From: Candidatus Binatia bacterium
GTDB lineage: Bacteria; Desulfobacterota; Binatia; UBA9968; CAXXLF01
Direction of reading: 5' to 3'
DNA: 64,000 bases
Assembly (NCBI GenBank): GCA_963664015.2
Contig: CAXXLF010000002.1
Location: 960,001-1,024,000, forward strand
The notes under the pieces are model-generated. The model did not search any database. It had not been told where the DNA came from and saw nothing but the letters and a program-made list of their open reading frames with translations. The stretch's first letter is position 1; every line of letters begins with the position of its first letter. Shown piece by piece: positions 20,673 through 30,540 of the stretch. Position numbers and translations under genes: made by a program.

Positions 20673-21392
20673 ATGAAAAGATTGCGAGTAGAAATTTGTT
20701 TGTTACGACTGCTGCAATTTAAATCGATTTGCCGTCTTGTATTCAAGATTAGATATATATATTTCACCAAGATAAAACGCTCACTGCGATTCCATCCAGA
20801 TGAACGGGAAGTCATGGCCAAGGATTACAGCATCCGACGCGTCCTCCTTGCCAGCCCGAACAATCGGATATTGCACTTGATCCGGCCCCTGGTATCTATC
20901 GACAAGATCAACGGCAGCTCTAGAATCATTTCCATTGGATGCCGGTATGAAACCGATCTCTTGTATCTGTGCGCCTACGGGTGCGATCCGAGAAAAGTGC
21001 GCGGGATGGACATGATCTCCTACTTCAATTGGGTTGATCTGGGCAACATGCACCATATGGATTATCCCGACAACTACTGGGACTCAGTGGTCCTCGGGTG
21101 GGTATTGTCTTACAGCAACGACCCACGGCAGGCGACGAAAGAGATCTTGCGTGTGACTAAAGATGGTGGGATTATCGCAATCGGTGTGTCGTATAATTCG
21201 CCGGAAAGGTTCAAAGAATTAGAGAAAGAAGGCAGGCTTATCGGCAGCACTCAAGAGGGGGGAAGAATACAAACCGTTGCGGGAATCAAGAGCTTATTTG
21301 AGCCGTATGTTCGGCATGTTTATTTTGACCATGATGTGACTGACCCGACCCGGTCGGGACGGTGCCTGGTCATTTTCTCAATCAAAAAATGA
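20673..21392 (+). CDS. Class I SAM-dependent methyltransferase
   Basis: ISIGCR, GMD, GNMHHMDYPDNYWD, EILRVTKDGG. Confidence 0.8.
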   Translation: MKRLRVEICLLRLLQFKSICRLVFKIRYIYFTKIKRSLRFHPDEREVMAKDYSIRRVLLASPNNRILHLIRPLVSIDKINGSSRIISIGCRYETDLLYLCAYGCDPRKVRGMDMISYFNWVDLGNMHHMDYPDNYWDSVVLGWVLSYSNDPRQATKEILRVTKDGGIIAIGVSYNSPERFKELEKEGRLIGSTQEGGRIQTVAGIKSLFEPYVRHVYFDHDVTDPTRSGRCLVIFSIKK

Positions 21393-21396
21393 GCCT

Positions 21397-22269
21397 ATGG
21401 AAGACACAACCAACTCAACCACCATCGATCATTACAGACGTTACGGCTACACCATCTTCCGAAACGTGTTCGACTCGCAGGAAATAGCTTCCATGCGCAA
21501 AGAGTGTATAGGCAAAGGGCTGAACTCGTACGCCTACATAGGACCGCGCGATTTTGGAGGGCTCCTAATCTCGAATGAGATCGTCAATCCCTTGCGTCGG
21601 TTGTTAGGCCCGTGTATCGTCCTTTTTGGCGACTCGAGCTGCCAATCGGGGATCATCGCAGCCAGTGGATCCCCGCGTCATTTCCATGTGGATGCGAAGA
21701 GTGACGATTTCGATTACTCGCGACCCTATCCGATCTTGCGAATAGGCATCTACTTGCAGGACCACGACGTGTACAGCGGGGGACTCAAGCTGCGGCCTGG
21801 TTCCTGGACCCGGTTTTGCATCGACCAGTACGGAATTCGACGTTTCATCAAATTCTTGATCCGGGAACGAAGCCTGGGACAGCTGCGGCCGCCACCGGGC
21901 TCGATCAACCCTGTTATCCGTGCCAGGGATCTGGTCGTGTGGAACCTCCGCATGCATCATTCGGGCTTTGCGGCGCGCCTCAGACAAGCCCCACAACGCT
22001 CCTTCCACCCGCTAATCGAAGATTTTATTCCACGGTCCATTCTATGTCCCGAACAGCATCTTCGTTGTGTCATCTTCGCAACCTACGGAGCACTTTCCAT
22101 CTACCTGGACCGTTACACGGAAAATCGTTGGCGCACCCCAGAATTAGTCGATAGCTGGCAACGAAACGGCGCTTGTGACGCTGAATACCAGCAGCTGGCA
22201 AGTTCTCGTGGTCTTGAGTTACGCGTACCCCAGTCCAGGAGAGACCACGACAAATCATCTTCTCAGTGA
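21397..22269 (+). CDS. PhyH-like Fe(II)/2-oxoglutarate dioxygenase
   Basis: YRRYGY..FRNVF, HxD (FHVD), GGLKLRPGS, DLVVWNLRMHHSG (distal His). Confidence 0.78.
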   Translation: MEDTTNSTTIDHYRRYGYTIFRNVFDSQEIASMRKECIGKGLNSYAYIGPRDFGGLLISNEIVNPLRRLLGPCIVLFGDSSCQSGIIAASGSPRHFHVDAKSDDFDYSRPYPILRIGIYLQDHDVYSGGLKLRPGSWTRFCIDQYGIRRFIKFLIRERSLGQLRPPPGSINPVIRARDLVVWNLRMHHSGFAARLRQAPQRSFHPLIEDFIPRSILCPEQHLRCVIFATYGALSIYLDRYTENRWRTPELVDSWQRNGACDAEYQQLASSRGLELRVPQSRRDHDKSSSQ

Positions 22270-22343
22270 CATTAACCGTCAATCTATGGGTTGCCTGGGG
22301 GTTGCCTGGGGAGGCATGGCAAACGACCGCTGAAAAAATAGCA

Positions 22344-23141
22344 TTAGAGTTTTGGAGTCCCAACGAGGGTCAAGGCGGAGGTACGCACCCAACCGGTCCG
22401 GCCGTCGGCCAGACGGATATGGGCCCATGGATTGCGGCGCTCCAAGATCTGGACCTCGGTACCGCCGGGCAACGGTTCGGAAAAGCGTGGGGGAGCGCCG
22501 CCCGAGTCAGCAGACTGGGCGGTCACTTCGCTGGCGGTAACCACTGCCTCTCCACTGTCATCAGACGACCAGAAGGGCAAACCACCCAGCCCCAGCCAGA
22601 TCAAAATCGGCAAGATAGCGCTGTTTCGCGCCCACGGCCAGCGCCAGCGAACCGCCAGGGCGATCAGTATCCCAGCTAAAGCGAAGCTCAGTGCGGCTGC
22701 TAAAGATCGGGCGCTACGCGAAAATGTGCCCTGCCAGAAAAAGAAGGTATCGAACAAGCTCTGCCCTTTGGGCCGGGGCACCCAATCGGGCAACAGTTCC
22801 CGAGCATGGTCGAGGTTTTGTCGCGCCCGCTTATGACCCGGTTGGACGGCCAATGCCCGCTTATACGCCAGGATAGCATTGCCGATATCTCTTGCCTGGA
22901 TTGCCGCATTACTAAAATTGACGTAGAGATCGGCATTTTCAATCTTCTGTCCTTCTATGACTTGGGCAAAGAGCCGTTGAGCCCTCTTGAAACGCTCGAG
23001 ACGTAGATCAGCCCTTGTCGTGTTCAACGCCTCCTGGTACTCACGCACTGCGCTTTCCAGCATGACCTTTGGATCGGCGGCCCAGACCGGCAGGTTCCCA
23101 AGTATCAAGGCAACCCCTATCCCGAACAGTAATCGTTTCAT
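22344..23141 (-). CDS. BatE-like TPR + SH3-domain protein
   Basis: Signal peptide, TPR (AILAYKRAL...ARQNL), two TM segments, C-terminal LPGGTEV..LE...W..IRLADGRTGWV. Confidence 0.8.
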   Translation of the reverse strand: MKRLLFGIGVALILGNLPVWAADPKVMLESAVREYQEALNTTRADLRLERFKRAQRLFAQVIEGQKIENADLYVNFSNAAIQARDIGNAILAYKRALAVQPGHKRARQNLDHARELLPDWVPRPKGQSLFDTFFFWQGTFSRSARSLAAALSFALAGILIALAVRWRWPWARNSAILPILIWLGLGGLPFWSSDDSGEAVVTASEVTAQSADSGGAPPRFSEPLPGGTEVQILERRNPWAHIRLADGRTGWVRTSALTLVGTPKL

Positions 23142-24949
23142 GATTCGTCCTTCGCCATCGCTTGGGCCACCTGGAGGGCGCGGCGATGGAGCTCCCCATC
23201 GATGGGCTCGGCGCCACCGCCAACGGGTGCATAGGCGAGGTTATCGCATTGGGTCAGCAGATTATCGACTTCGCCACGTACAGCACCGTTAGCGTGCGCC
23301 GCCACTTTGCGAAGTGCCGCCGAAATCTGACCGGCGGCCTCCTGACGGGGAAGCCCCGCTGCCTGTCTGACCTGTTCGACCTGTTCTCTCACGACCTTGC
23401 GACGCCGATGGATCTCGGGATCAACCTCCGCCCTACGTCGCCAAAACCAGGCAAAAACAACCAGCAGAGGAGCGGCAGCATATATCCCAGCTCGCACCAA
23501 GCCTCCGCCATACCGTTGGGACTCGTTAATCAGGAGTTTATCCGTACTGGACTCGATGGCCAAGTCGGCCCCCGTCAGGTCGTAGCGCCTCGTTGAACCC
23601 ACAGCCGCCCACCCCCCGCTTGTCGCTCCCCGCTCCTGTTCGGCCAACGCCTGTTCTTGTTCCTTGGGCGCACCGCTCACGACATCCTGGGCACGGACCA
23701 TTTGGGCCGATTGGACGCGCAACGCGATGGGATCCGATCGTGCTGTCTGAAATTGCCCCAACTGGGGATCGAACCAGGAATAGGCCAAGGGAGGTATCTC
23801 TGCCACCGACTCATCGAGCACGCGAACCGTCACGGAAAAGGACTTAACCTCCCCCGATACGATTCCGGGGATCTCGCCCTCGGGCCAGCGAAAACGCTTC
23901 GAATCCAGATTGTAGTCGGCGGACATCGACGGCAGGGCGGCGCTCTTCAGGCTGCCGTCACCGCGAAGATGAATCTTGAGGGTAATGGGATCACCCACCC
24001 GAACGACCGTCCTATCGGCTTCCACTCTGATATTAAAGCCGCGGCCGATGGCACCGGCGAAGCTAGCTGGGGCCTGATCCAGAGGTAGGGGTCGGATCAC
24101 CAGTCGACGTGCCTCATCGACCGCCCGTAAACGCACCTTGGCAGTGGGCTGCTTACGGCCGAAAACGTCGCGCCCCCAGCGAGTGACCCGGTTCATCGTG
24201 ACTGTTATGGGTGCCAAATCATATTCTCCCGACTGGGTGGCCACCAGGAGGGGACTGGCGGTCACGACGAGAAACTCCCGCCCATTGAGTTTGCGCTTTT
24301 CCCTCCTCGCCTTGAGCTTAATTGTACCCTTCTTGGTGGCGATGAGTAGAAACGTATCATTCCATGCCACAGGCTCCGTGATAAAACTAAACTGTTCGAA
24401 AAGTGGCGCGCGAAAGATACGCTCCCGCACATCGTTCGGATCGCCTGCGTACCACCATTCGATCTTTATGGGCACCCGCTGGCCCGTATAGACCGGTGCG
24501 CTGGGTAGGACCAGGGAGGCACGCATATTGTTGTCGTTGCCAATTTTCTGAACCTGGAGGTTCAGCGGCTGGGTTACCACGGCCCGTTGTTTTTGTTTGA
24601 CCGTAAAAGGTGGGAGGGTGTAGTTTCCAGGCTTCTCCGCCACCAGATGAAAATCGTAGGTGTAAACAACCTTCCGATAACTCGTCACCTCGCCGTTGAT
24701 AACCTGGGTCATACTGGAAATGCTCGGGCGGACACCCACCGATTGGAGGGTTAAGCCAAGCGGTAACTTTCCGGGCTCGCAGGTGGGCTGGGGGTCTTCA
24801 TCAAAACCCTTGGTGGTCACACGAACGAGAATAGGATCACCCGAATAGAGGGGATCTTGCTGCCGCGCAACGCTGGCCTGCTGTGCGCTACTCGAGCCCG
24901 CCACTCCGACTATCAGGGCAATCAAAAACAGAAGAAACCGGATCCCCAT
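23138..24949 (-). CDS. BatD-family protein
   Basis: Signal peptide, repeated beta-rich domains (YTLPPFTV, PASFAGAIG, VGDPITL, YSWFDP), C-terminal TM segment. Confidence 0.82.
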   Translation of the reverse strand: MGIRFLLFLIALIVGVAGSSSAQQASVARQQDPLYSGDPILVRVTTKGFDEDPQPTCEPGKLPLGLTLQSVGVRPSISSMTQVINGEVTSYRKVVYTYDFHLVAEKPGNYTLPPFTVKQKQRAVVTQPLNLQVQKIGNDNNMRASLVLPSAPVYTGQRVPIKIEWWYAGDPNDVRERIFRAPLFEQFSFITEPVAWNDTFLLIATKKGTIKLKARREKRKLNGREFLVVTASPLLVATQSGEYDLAPITVTMNRVTRWGRDVFGRKQPTAKVRLRAVDEARRLVIRPLPLDQAPASFAGAIGRGFNIRVEADRTVVRVGDPITLKIHLRGDGSLKSAALPSMSADYNLDSKRFRWPEGEIPGIVSGEVKSFSVTVRVLDESVAEIPPLAYSWFDPQLGQFQTARSDPIALRVQSAQMVRAQDVVSGAPKEQEQALAEQERGATSGGWAAVGSTRRYDLTGADLAIESSTDKLLINESQRYGGGLVRAGIYAAAPLLVVFAWFWRRRAEVDPEIHRRRKVVREQVEQVRQAAGLPRQEAAGQISAALRKVAAHANGAVRGEVDNLLTQCDNLAYAPVGGGAEPIDGELHRRALQVAQAMAKDES

Positions 24950-27900
24950 TACCAGTCCTTTTCCACCGGGGCATACCCCATCGAACCCCTTTGTCGTTTC
25001 TCTCGCTGGCGCTGTGCTTCGCGATCACGGACCGACTGGAGCAGTTGGCGCATATCGGTCTGCCGGGCCTGTTCCTTTTGCTGCTCCTTGGCCGCTGCCT
25101 GGGCTTGTTGCTGGGTTTGCTGACTTTCTTCCTCTTGTTTCTGTTGCTGATCCTTGGGGTGCGGCTTGAGCAGCTGAATGGCTTCAACCAGCTCTTGAAC
25201 CGCAGTGGCTTGACTCTCCTGTATTACCTTCAACTCTTTTGTTTCAGCCTTCATCTTCTGTGTCGCCTTATCCATTGCCTCTCGCGCCGCGTCTACATGT
25301 TCCGCCGCCTGTCCCAACCGGTGGGAGACATCCTGAGATTTCTGCTTGGGAGATTGACTGCCCTTAGCCTGTCCGCCCATGGATACGGGACTCTGCTCCG
25401 ATTGTTTTTTTAAAGAGCCGGTAATCTCCCGGGAAATCTTAGAGAGCTCCTGCTGCCGGGGAACGAGGGGGGCGACTCTACTCTCTATTTTACTCTCATC
25501 GGTCAAGGTTGCCACATCGCGTGTGTCATCGGCCAAGACGGCTTGCCGCAGCGCCGTTTCCTTCAGATGCTCAAGAATGGAAAAGAACAGCCGGCGCAGC
25601 GCCTCGACTTGCCTAATACCACGGTCTACCGAACCGCCAAGTTTTTGAATCTCATCCTTGTTCGGATCGGTTTTCTTGGAGCGCTGAATCGTGCCGTTAA
25701 TGTCGGTAAAGGACTTCATCACCTGATCCAAGAGCGTCTTGGCCAGCTGAAGCTGCTGCCGCCGCTTGTCCAGATCATCGCCTGACTCGCCTTCAGAATT
25801 CATGGCAGACGGATCTCCCTCGCCTGATTTCACGTCCTCGAGCTCTCGATCGAGCATGCCCCCCAGCCGTTTGCCGCGATCCAGATTGGTAGGCTGCAGC
25901 TGGCCGAGCAACGACAGGTTCTCCTTGAACTCGACCCTCCTGTTCTTATCCTCGAGAGTTAGCAGAGACTTCATAGCCTTCTCATCCCCATAGATGACTT
26001 CGATCAGACCGCGAATATCGAGAAACAACTCTCGGGCCTTGAGCAGGAGCACTGTAGCGCGCCCTTCCGCCTCATAGGCTTTAGGATAGAGTTGGGACGA
26101 CAAGGCCTCATCGGCACTCTTAAAGGCATCACGCGACTCTTGCATCACCGGCAGGCCCTCTTTCAAGGCAAACAAAAGGGCCTTTCTTTGGCGCTTCTCC
26201 CCCTCTGACGGAAGGTTCTTTTTTTCCGAATCCAGTGACGGCAAGTCCTCTCCTGCCTTTAACCCCACTTCCATACGCAGAGCGATCTCTTCCGTTCGAT
26301 CCATAACATGGGTCAAAAAATCCTGCAGATAATCTACCGTGAGCCATTTGGGGGCCGTCCTTGAGCCCGGCGAAGCACCGGGGGCCTGCTGGGAGGCGTC
26401 GCTCAGCTGTCCGGTTTGCCGGGTAAGGAGCATGGCGTCGTCAATGACCATTCGAAGCAACTGAATCAGGCTCCGCAGCTGGTCCCGGGCCCGTTTGAGT
26501 TCGCCAAGCCCGGCCGACGCGCGCCGGTAGGCACGTTCTGCCTGGCGCTCACGAAGCTGACGCCGGGCCTGAGCGATTCGCTGCCCCCCACGGTTCAAAT
26601 AGGCCATGACATTTCGAAGCTGGGCCAGACGCATATTTTGCTCGGCATCACGCTCTTCGTCTTTCAGTGCCTCCAGTCGTTCGGTTTCCTCCCGCAGGTT
26701 CAGCGCCAACTCCTCCGAACGGGACAGGAGCATTCCCTGTTCCACCTTGAGACTGCGAAATTCGTTTTTCAAGGATTCGGGCAGGGTCGGCTGCTCCAGA
26801 GCAACGACGCGCTCAACCGTGCCTTGAAGTAACCGTGTTATCTCTCGCTGGCTCCGAATCAATTCGTCCAATTGCTTTTCCACGTCGGTGTCGTCGTGCT
26901 TATCCAAAGCATCAGCCAGCACCAGAATTCGGCGGGTAACCATTTCCAAATTTTCCCGTGCCGCTGCTTCGTCGGGTTCAAGCCTGACGGCCTCACGGAA
27001 CCAGTCGGCGGCAGCCTTGAGGTGGACAAGCGCCTGTTCCGGTTGCTGGCCAATGAGTTTGTCGGCCCGCTTGACCTCCACCCACCCCAGATTGTAGGTC
27101 GCGCGGTAACGGGTAGAACCGTCAGCTCCGGCTTTCTGCCGAGCCACGGAAAGCCGTCGCTCCGCACCGTCCCATTGCTCGGTCTCGATCAGGACCACGG
27201 CTTGGTTGTAGAGTTCCCGAGCACCGATATCCTTCAAATCTTCCTCATTGACTTTAGTGGCGTCCGTCACTTCAGGTTGGGCCGCCGCGTCCGGCGGTTC
27301 CTCCCCTCTGGCTGGAAATACGGTAAACCCCACGACTAAGAAGAGTAACGCAACTCGAGTGGCGTCCAATGGGCCCCAACGAACAAACCCCACGCCCATA
27401 GAACCAATGGACGTCACCACCGCAGCGATCAAAAAGAGCATTGCAAGGAGAACCGCCCATTGAAAGCCCTCCTGTCGGACCAAACGTCCCGGGTCTTCCA
27501 ATCGTCCCTTGATCAAGGGTGCGATATGAGACTCATAGATGGACTTGAGATCCAGGGCCCCAGTAGCGCCTGGAATATAGACACCGCCGGTTTCCAGAGC
27601 TATCTTTTTGAGAAGCTCACCATCCAGCCGGGTGACTACCGGCTTGCCGCTCTTGTCGAGCAACAGTGTTCGGGCACCGGTTTTTGGATCGGTTACGTAT
27701 ACCTGGCTGCCCGCGTCAGCGCCGAGTCCGATGGTAATGATATGGATTCCGCGTTCGGCGGCGGCTTTGGCAGCCTCTAGGGCAAAGGATTCGTGGTCTT
27801 CTCCATCGGTGATCATCAAGAGGACTCGTGACAAATCGGATTCGCCCTTGAATCCGGCCAGCGCTTTTCGAATGGGAGCTTCCAGGTCGGTCCCTCCTCG

Positions 27901-28404
27901 AGTCACGCTGTTGGGCCCCAATGACTCCAGAACCATTCGTAAGAATCCAAAGTCCGGTGTGAGGGGACAGAGGACCGTCGCCCGGCCCGCAAAGGCGATG
28001 AGACCTACATGATCCCTGCCCATATAGACGAGAAGGTCTCGGATCTCAGCTTTGGCCCGTTCCAGCCGATTGGGCGCTACATCCTCGGCCAGCATGGAAC
28101 GGGAGACATCCACGGCAATCATCAATTGGGCACCCACCCGTGGCATACGCTCGTAATGAAAACCCCACTGGGGACGCATCAGTCCCAGAACCAGGAAAAT
28201 GGCTGAGAGACCCAGAAACCCAAAGACACAGAACCGCCGCGAGCGACTTGGCTTCATAACCAACCGCATTTGCATCAGCGGAGAGATCAATCGGTCCAGA
28301 CTTGCCATGCCTCTCTGATCGAGCCAAATAAGCATGCCAATGAACACAATCACCAACCAGACCAGATGGATCCAATGGGGCTCGGCAAAGCGAAAATCGC
28401 TCAC
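24949..28404 (-). CDS. BatB-type vWA domain fused to TPR and long coiled-coil (BatC-like) region
   Basis: MIDAS DVSRSM, PNRLERAK, LITDGED-like motif (MITDGED); TPR YNLG; Gln-rich tail ending PVEKDW. Confidence 0.85.
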   Translation of the reverse strand: MSDFRFAEPHWIHLVWLVIVFIGMLIWLDQRGMASLDRLISPLMQMRLVMKPSRSRRFCVFGFLGLSAIFLVLGLMRPQWGFHYERMPRVGAQLMIAVDVSRSMLAEDVAPNRLERAKAEIRDLLVYMGRDHVGLIAFAGRATVLCPLTPDFGFLRMVLESLGPNSVTRGGTDLEAPIRKALAGFKGESDLSRVLLMITDGEDHESFALEAAKAAAERGIHIITIGLGADAGSQVYVTDPKTGARTLLLDKSGKPVVTRLDGELLKKIALETGGVYIPGATGALDLKSIYESHIAPLIKGRLEDPGRLVRQEGFQWAVLLAMLFLIAAVVTSIGSMGVGFVRWGPLDATRVALLFLVVGFTVFPARGEEPPDAAAQPEVTDATKVNEEDLKDIGARELYNQAVVLIETEQWDGAERRLSVARQKAGADGSTRYRATYNLGWVEVKRADKLIGQQPEQALVHLKAAADWFREAVRLEPDEAAARENLEMVTRRILVLADALDKHDDTDVEKQLDELIRSQREITRLLQGTVERVVALEQPTLPESLKNEFRSLKVEQGMLLSRSEELALNLREETERLEALKDEERDAEQNMRLAQLRNVMAYLNRGGQRIAQARRQLRERQAERAYRRASAGLGELKRARDQLRSLIQLLRMVIDDAMLLTRQTGQLSDASQQAPGASPGSRTAPKWLTVDYLQDFLTHVMDRTEEIALRMEVGLKAGEDLPSLDSEKKNLPSEGEKRQRKALLFALKEGLPVMQESRDAFKSADEALSSQLYPKAYEAEGRATVLLLKARELFLDIRGLIEVIYGDEKAMKSLLTLEDKNRRVEFKENLSLLGQLQPTNLDRGKRLGGMLDRELEDVKSGEGDPSAMNSEGESGDDLDKRRQQLQLAKTLLDQVMKSFTDINGTIQRSKKTDPNKDEIQKLGGSVDRGIRQVEALRRLFFSILEHLKETALRQAVLADDTRDVATLTDESKIESRVAPLVPRQQELSKISREITGSLKKQSEQSPVSMGGQAKGSQSPKQKSQDVSHRLGQAAEHVDAAREAMDKATQKMKAETKELKVIQESQATAVQELVEAIQLLKPHPKDQQQKQEEESQQTQQQAQAAAKEQQKEQARQTDMRQLLQSVRDREAQRQREKRQRGSMGYAPVEKDW

Positions 28405-29453
28405 GGGAGCCTCCTAAAGATAGAACCTGCCAGGAGACCGCTGCCACCCATCATCATCAGGGCCATCCAAACAAGGAATCCATAACGTTCCTGGTACTGG
28501 AGGTAACGCACCTCGGAGATCTCGGTGCGTTCCAATCGATCGATTTCCTTGTAAATTTCGGCTAGCCCCTCCGCATTGGTCGCACGAAAATAACGACCAC
28601 CGGTTTTTTGGGCAATCTCCTTGAGGGTTGCCTCGTCGATCTCCACACGAGCCGGCTGGAGAAACACCCTTCCCGTAAAGCGGTCGGTAACCGGCACCGG
28701 GGCAAGACCCCGGGTCCCTGTACCCACCGCGTAGACTTTAACGCCATGGGTCAGGGCTAGCTCCGCAGATTGACTCGGTGTAATAGTTCCCGCATTGTTC
28801 ACGCCATCGGTCAACAGGATGGCAACCTTGGATTTAGCCGTGTGTTGGCGCAGACGCTCGACCGCCAGGGCCAACCCCTCACCTAAAGCGGTTCCGTCTT
28901 CATTACGATCTTTTACAATCTCGAGATCGTTTACAATATTGAGGAGGTTGCCATGGTCCAATGTCAGCGGGCACAGACCGTCGGCGTAGCGCGCGAATGC
29001 CACCAGGCCGATTACATCGTCGGTCCGGCCATTACCAAAGCCGCGGGACCAATGGCTCTCTTCCCGATCCCCGACCACAAACTGTCTGAATATCTTTTTA
29101 ACCACCTCAAGGCGATTGAGACTGGTGTCGTCTTTGACCAAATCCCGTGCTCGCATGGAACCCGAGCGATCGACAACCATGACGATAGCGATCCCCTCGC
29201 GCCTGACTCGGGTCTCGTCGTTGGGCATACGGGGTCCGGCCAAAGCGACCGCCATGGCTGCAATGGCCAGGGCGAGCAGGAATGAAGGGAGATTTACCAG
29301 GCGAGCTCGAAGCGAGCTTGGTGAGTGCTCCAACAGGGTGAGGGTCGAGTATTGCACTGCGGCCTGGCGGCTCCTGGTTAAAAGGAGATAGACCAACGGA
29401 GCCAACAAGACGAGCCAGAGCAACCACGGATCACGAAATTCCCAATCAAACAC
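28401..29453 (-). CDS. BatA-type vWA domain protein
   Basis: GTG start at 29453; DRSGSM, GTALGEGL, ILLTDGVNN, IDEATLKEIA.KTGGRYFRA. Confidence 0.9.
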   Translation of the reverse strand: MFDWEFRDPWLLWLVLLAPLVYLLLTRSRQAAVQYSTLTLLEHSPSSLRARLVNLPSFLLALAIAAMAVALAGPRMPNDETRVRREGIAIVMVVDRSGSMRARDLVKDDTSLNRLEVVKKIFRQFVVGDREESHWSRGFGNGRTDDVIGLVAFARYADGLCPLTLDHGNLLNIVNDLEIVKDRNEDGTALGEGLALAVERLRQHTAKSKVAILLTDGVNNAGTITPSQSAELALTHGVKVYAVGTGTRGLAPVPVTDRFTGRVFLQPARVEIDEATLKEIAQKTGGRYFRATNAEGLAEIYKEIDRLERTEISEVRYLQYQERYGFLVWMALMMMGGSGLLAGSIFRRLP

Positions 29454-30540
29454 GGGCGGTCTCCCCCAAAGTTTCAACATCAGGAAACGCTTCAGGTTCC
29501 CCCTCCTGCTGTCTCGTCTCGTCAAGGAAGCGTCGTGCCGCCGCGACCGATTCATCCGTATCCTGTTCGGAAGGAACGAAGTTGGCAAATTTGACAAGGT
29601 CGGCCCGGTGCAAAAAATCTCGCAGCATTGCCTGGTGTTCCCCGGACAGATCTGGCGACCGGCTCATGGACTCGAGAAACTCCTCCGTAGTAAGCTCCGG
29701 CGCGCGCAGGTCAAATCGGTTCTCCAGATACCACCGGACAATGGCCGAGAGCTCGACGAAGAAGGTATCGATCTCGGCCTGCTCTTTCCGGGGGCGACTC
29801 AGGAGTTCCATAAGACGACCCATGGCCACCTCATAGGCGGTGCGCCGCCGGGCCTGTTGCTTGGACAGCCACCAGACACGTAAGCCCCAGAACGTCCCGA
29901 ACGCCACCAACAGCCCGCCCACAACCCAGGCCCAAAGGCTGATCCGCGACAGCGCGCGCCGCTTCAATTTGCCGAGCGGCGGGTTCAGTTCCTGCCCAGT
30001 CTCAGCCGGTAGAACCGACTGGACTTCAAAGGGAAGCCGCTCAGTCAAAAGCTCGTACGAGTCTAGTCCCTCGGGAGCCGGTTGCGCACCGTTACGACGA
30101 TCGACAAACTCAATCACGATGGGCGGGATGCTTTGTTTTCCGGACCGGGGCGCCTGCAGTTCATACCGTTGTGTCGCCACCGTGCGCCCCTTATCGTCAA
30201 CCCTCTCGTTACTCACAAAATCCACTATGGTAAGCCGTTCCATGACTTGACCGAATGTGGGCATGATCAGCTCGACCTTTTCTTCGGCCACCACACTCAA
30301 CGTGAGGTGAACCGGATCACCAACTCGCGGCTGCTCTGGCTCCAATTGGACTGTAGCCTCGACGGGTCCCTTACGCACAGTCTTTTTTAGAGCGTCATCG
30401 GACCAAGCGGAACCACCGGGATTACCCCATAGGGCGACGAAGAAGAAGGCAAAAACCCATAGCTGGACACAATATCGATTTTCTCGCCATGGTTTGACCG
30501 TTCCCTGCCAAGCGAGTCCAATTCGGAACTTTCGTTTCAT
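29446..30540 (-). CDS. Bat-operon membrane-anchored protein (DUF4381-like)
   Basis: Signal peptide, beta domain, TM segment, ELTTEEFL and ADLVKFA motifs. Confidence 0.75.
   Translation of the reverse strand: MKRKFRIGLAWQGTVKPWRENRYCVQLWVFAFFFVALWGNPGGSAWSDDALKKTVRKGPVEATVQLEPEQPRVGDPVHLTLSVVAEEKVELIMPTFGQVMERLTIVDFVSNERVDDKGRTVATQRYELQAPRSGKQSIPPIVIEFVDRRNGAQPAPEGLDSYELLTERLPFEVQSVLPAETGQELNPPLGKLKRRALSRISLWAWVVGGLLVAFGTFWGLRVWWLSKQQARRRTAYEVAMGRLMELLSRPRKEQAEIDTFFVELSAIVRWYLENRFDLRAPELTTEEFLESMSRSPDLSGEHQAMLRDFLHRADLVKFANFVPSEQDTDESVAAARRFLDETRQQEGEPEAFPDVETLGETARV

Noticed and set aside
20428-20676. Small ORFs across the palindromic element (also 2906-3106 and 33926-34123)
   Set aside because: They run through repeat or terminator sequence, lack an SD and have no protein-like features
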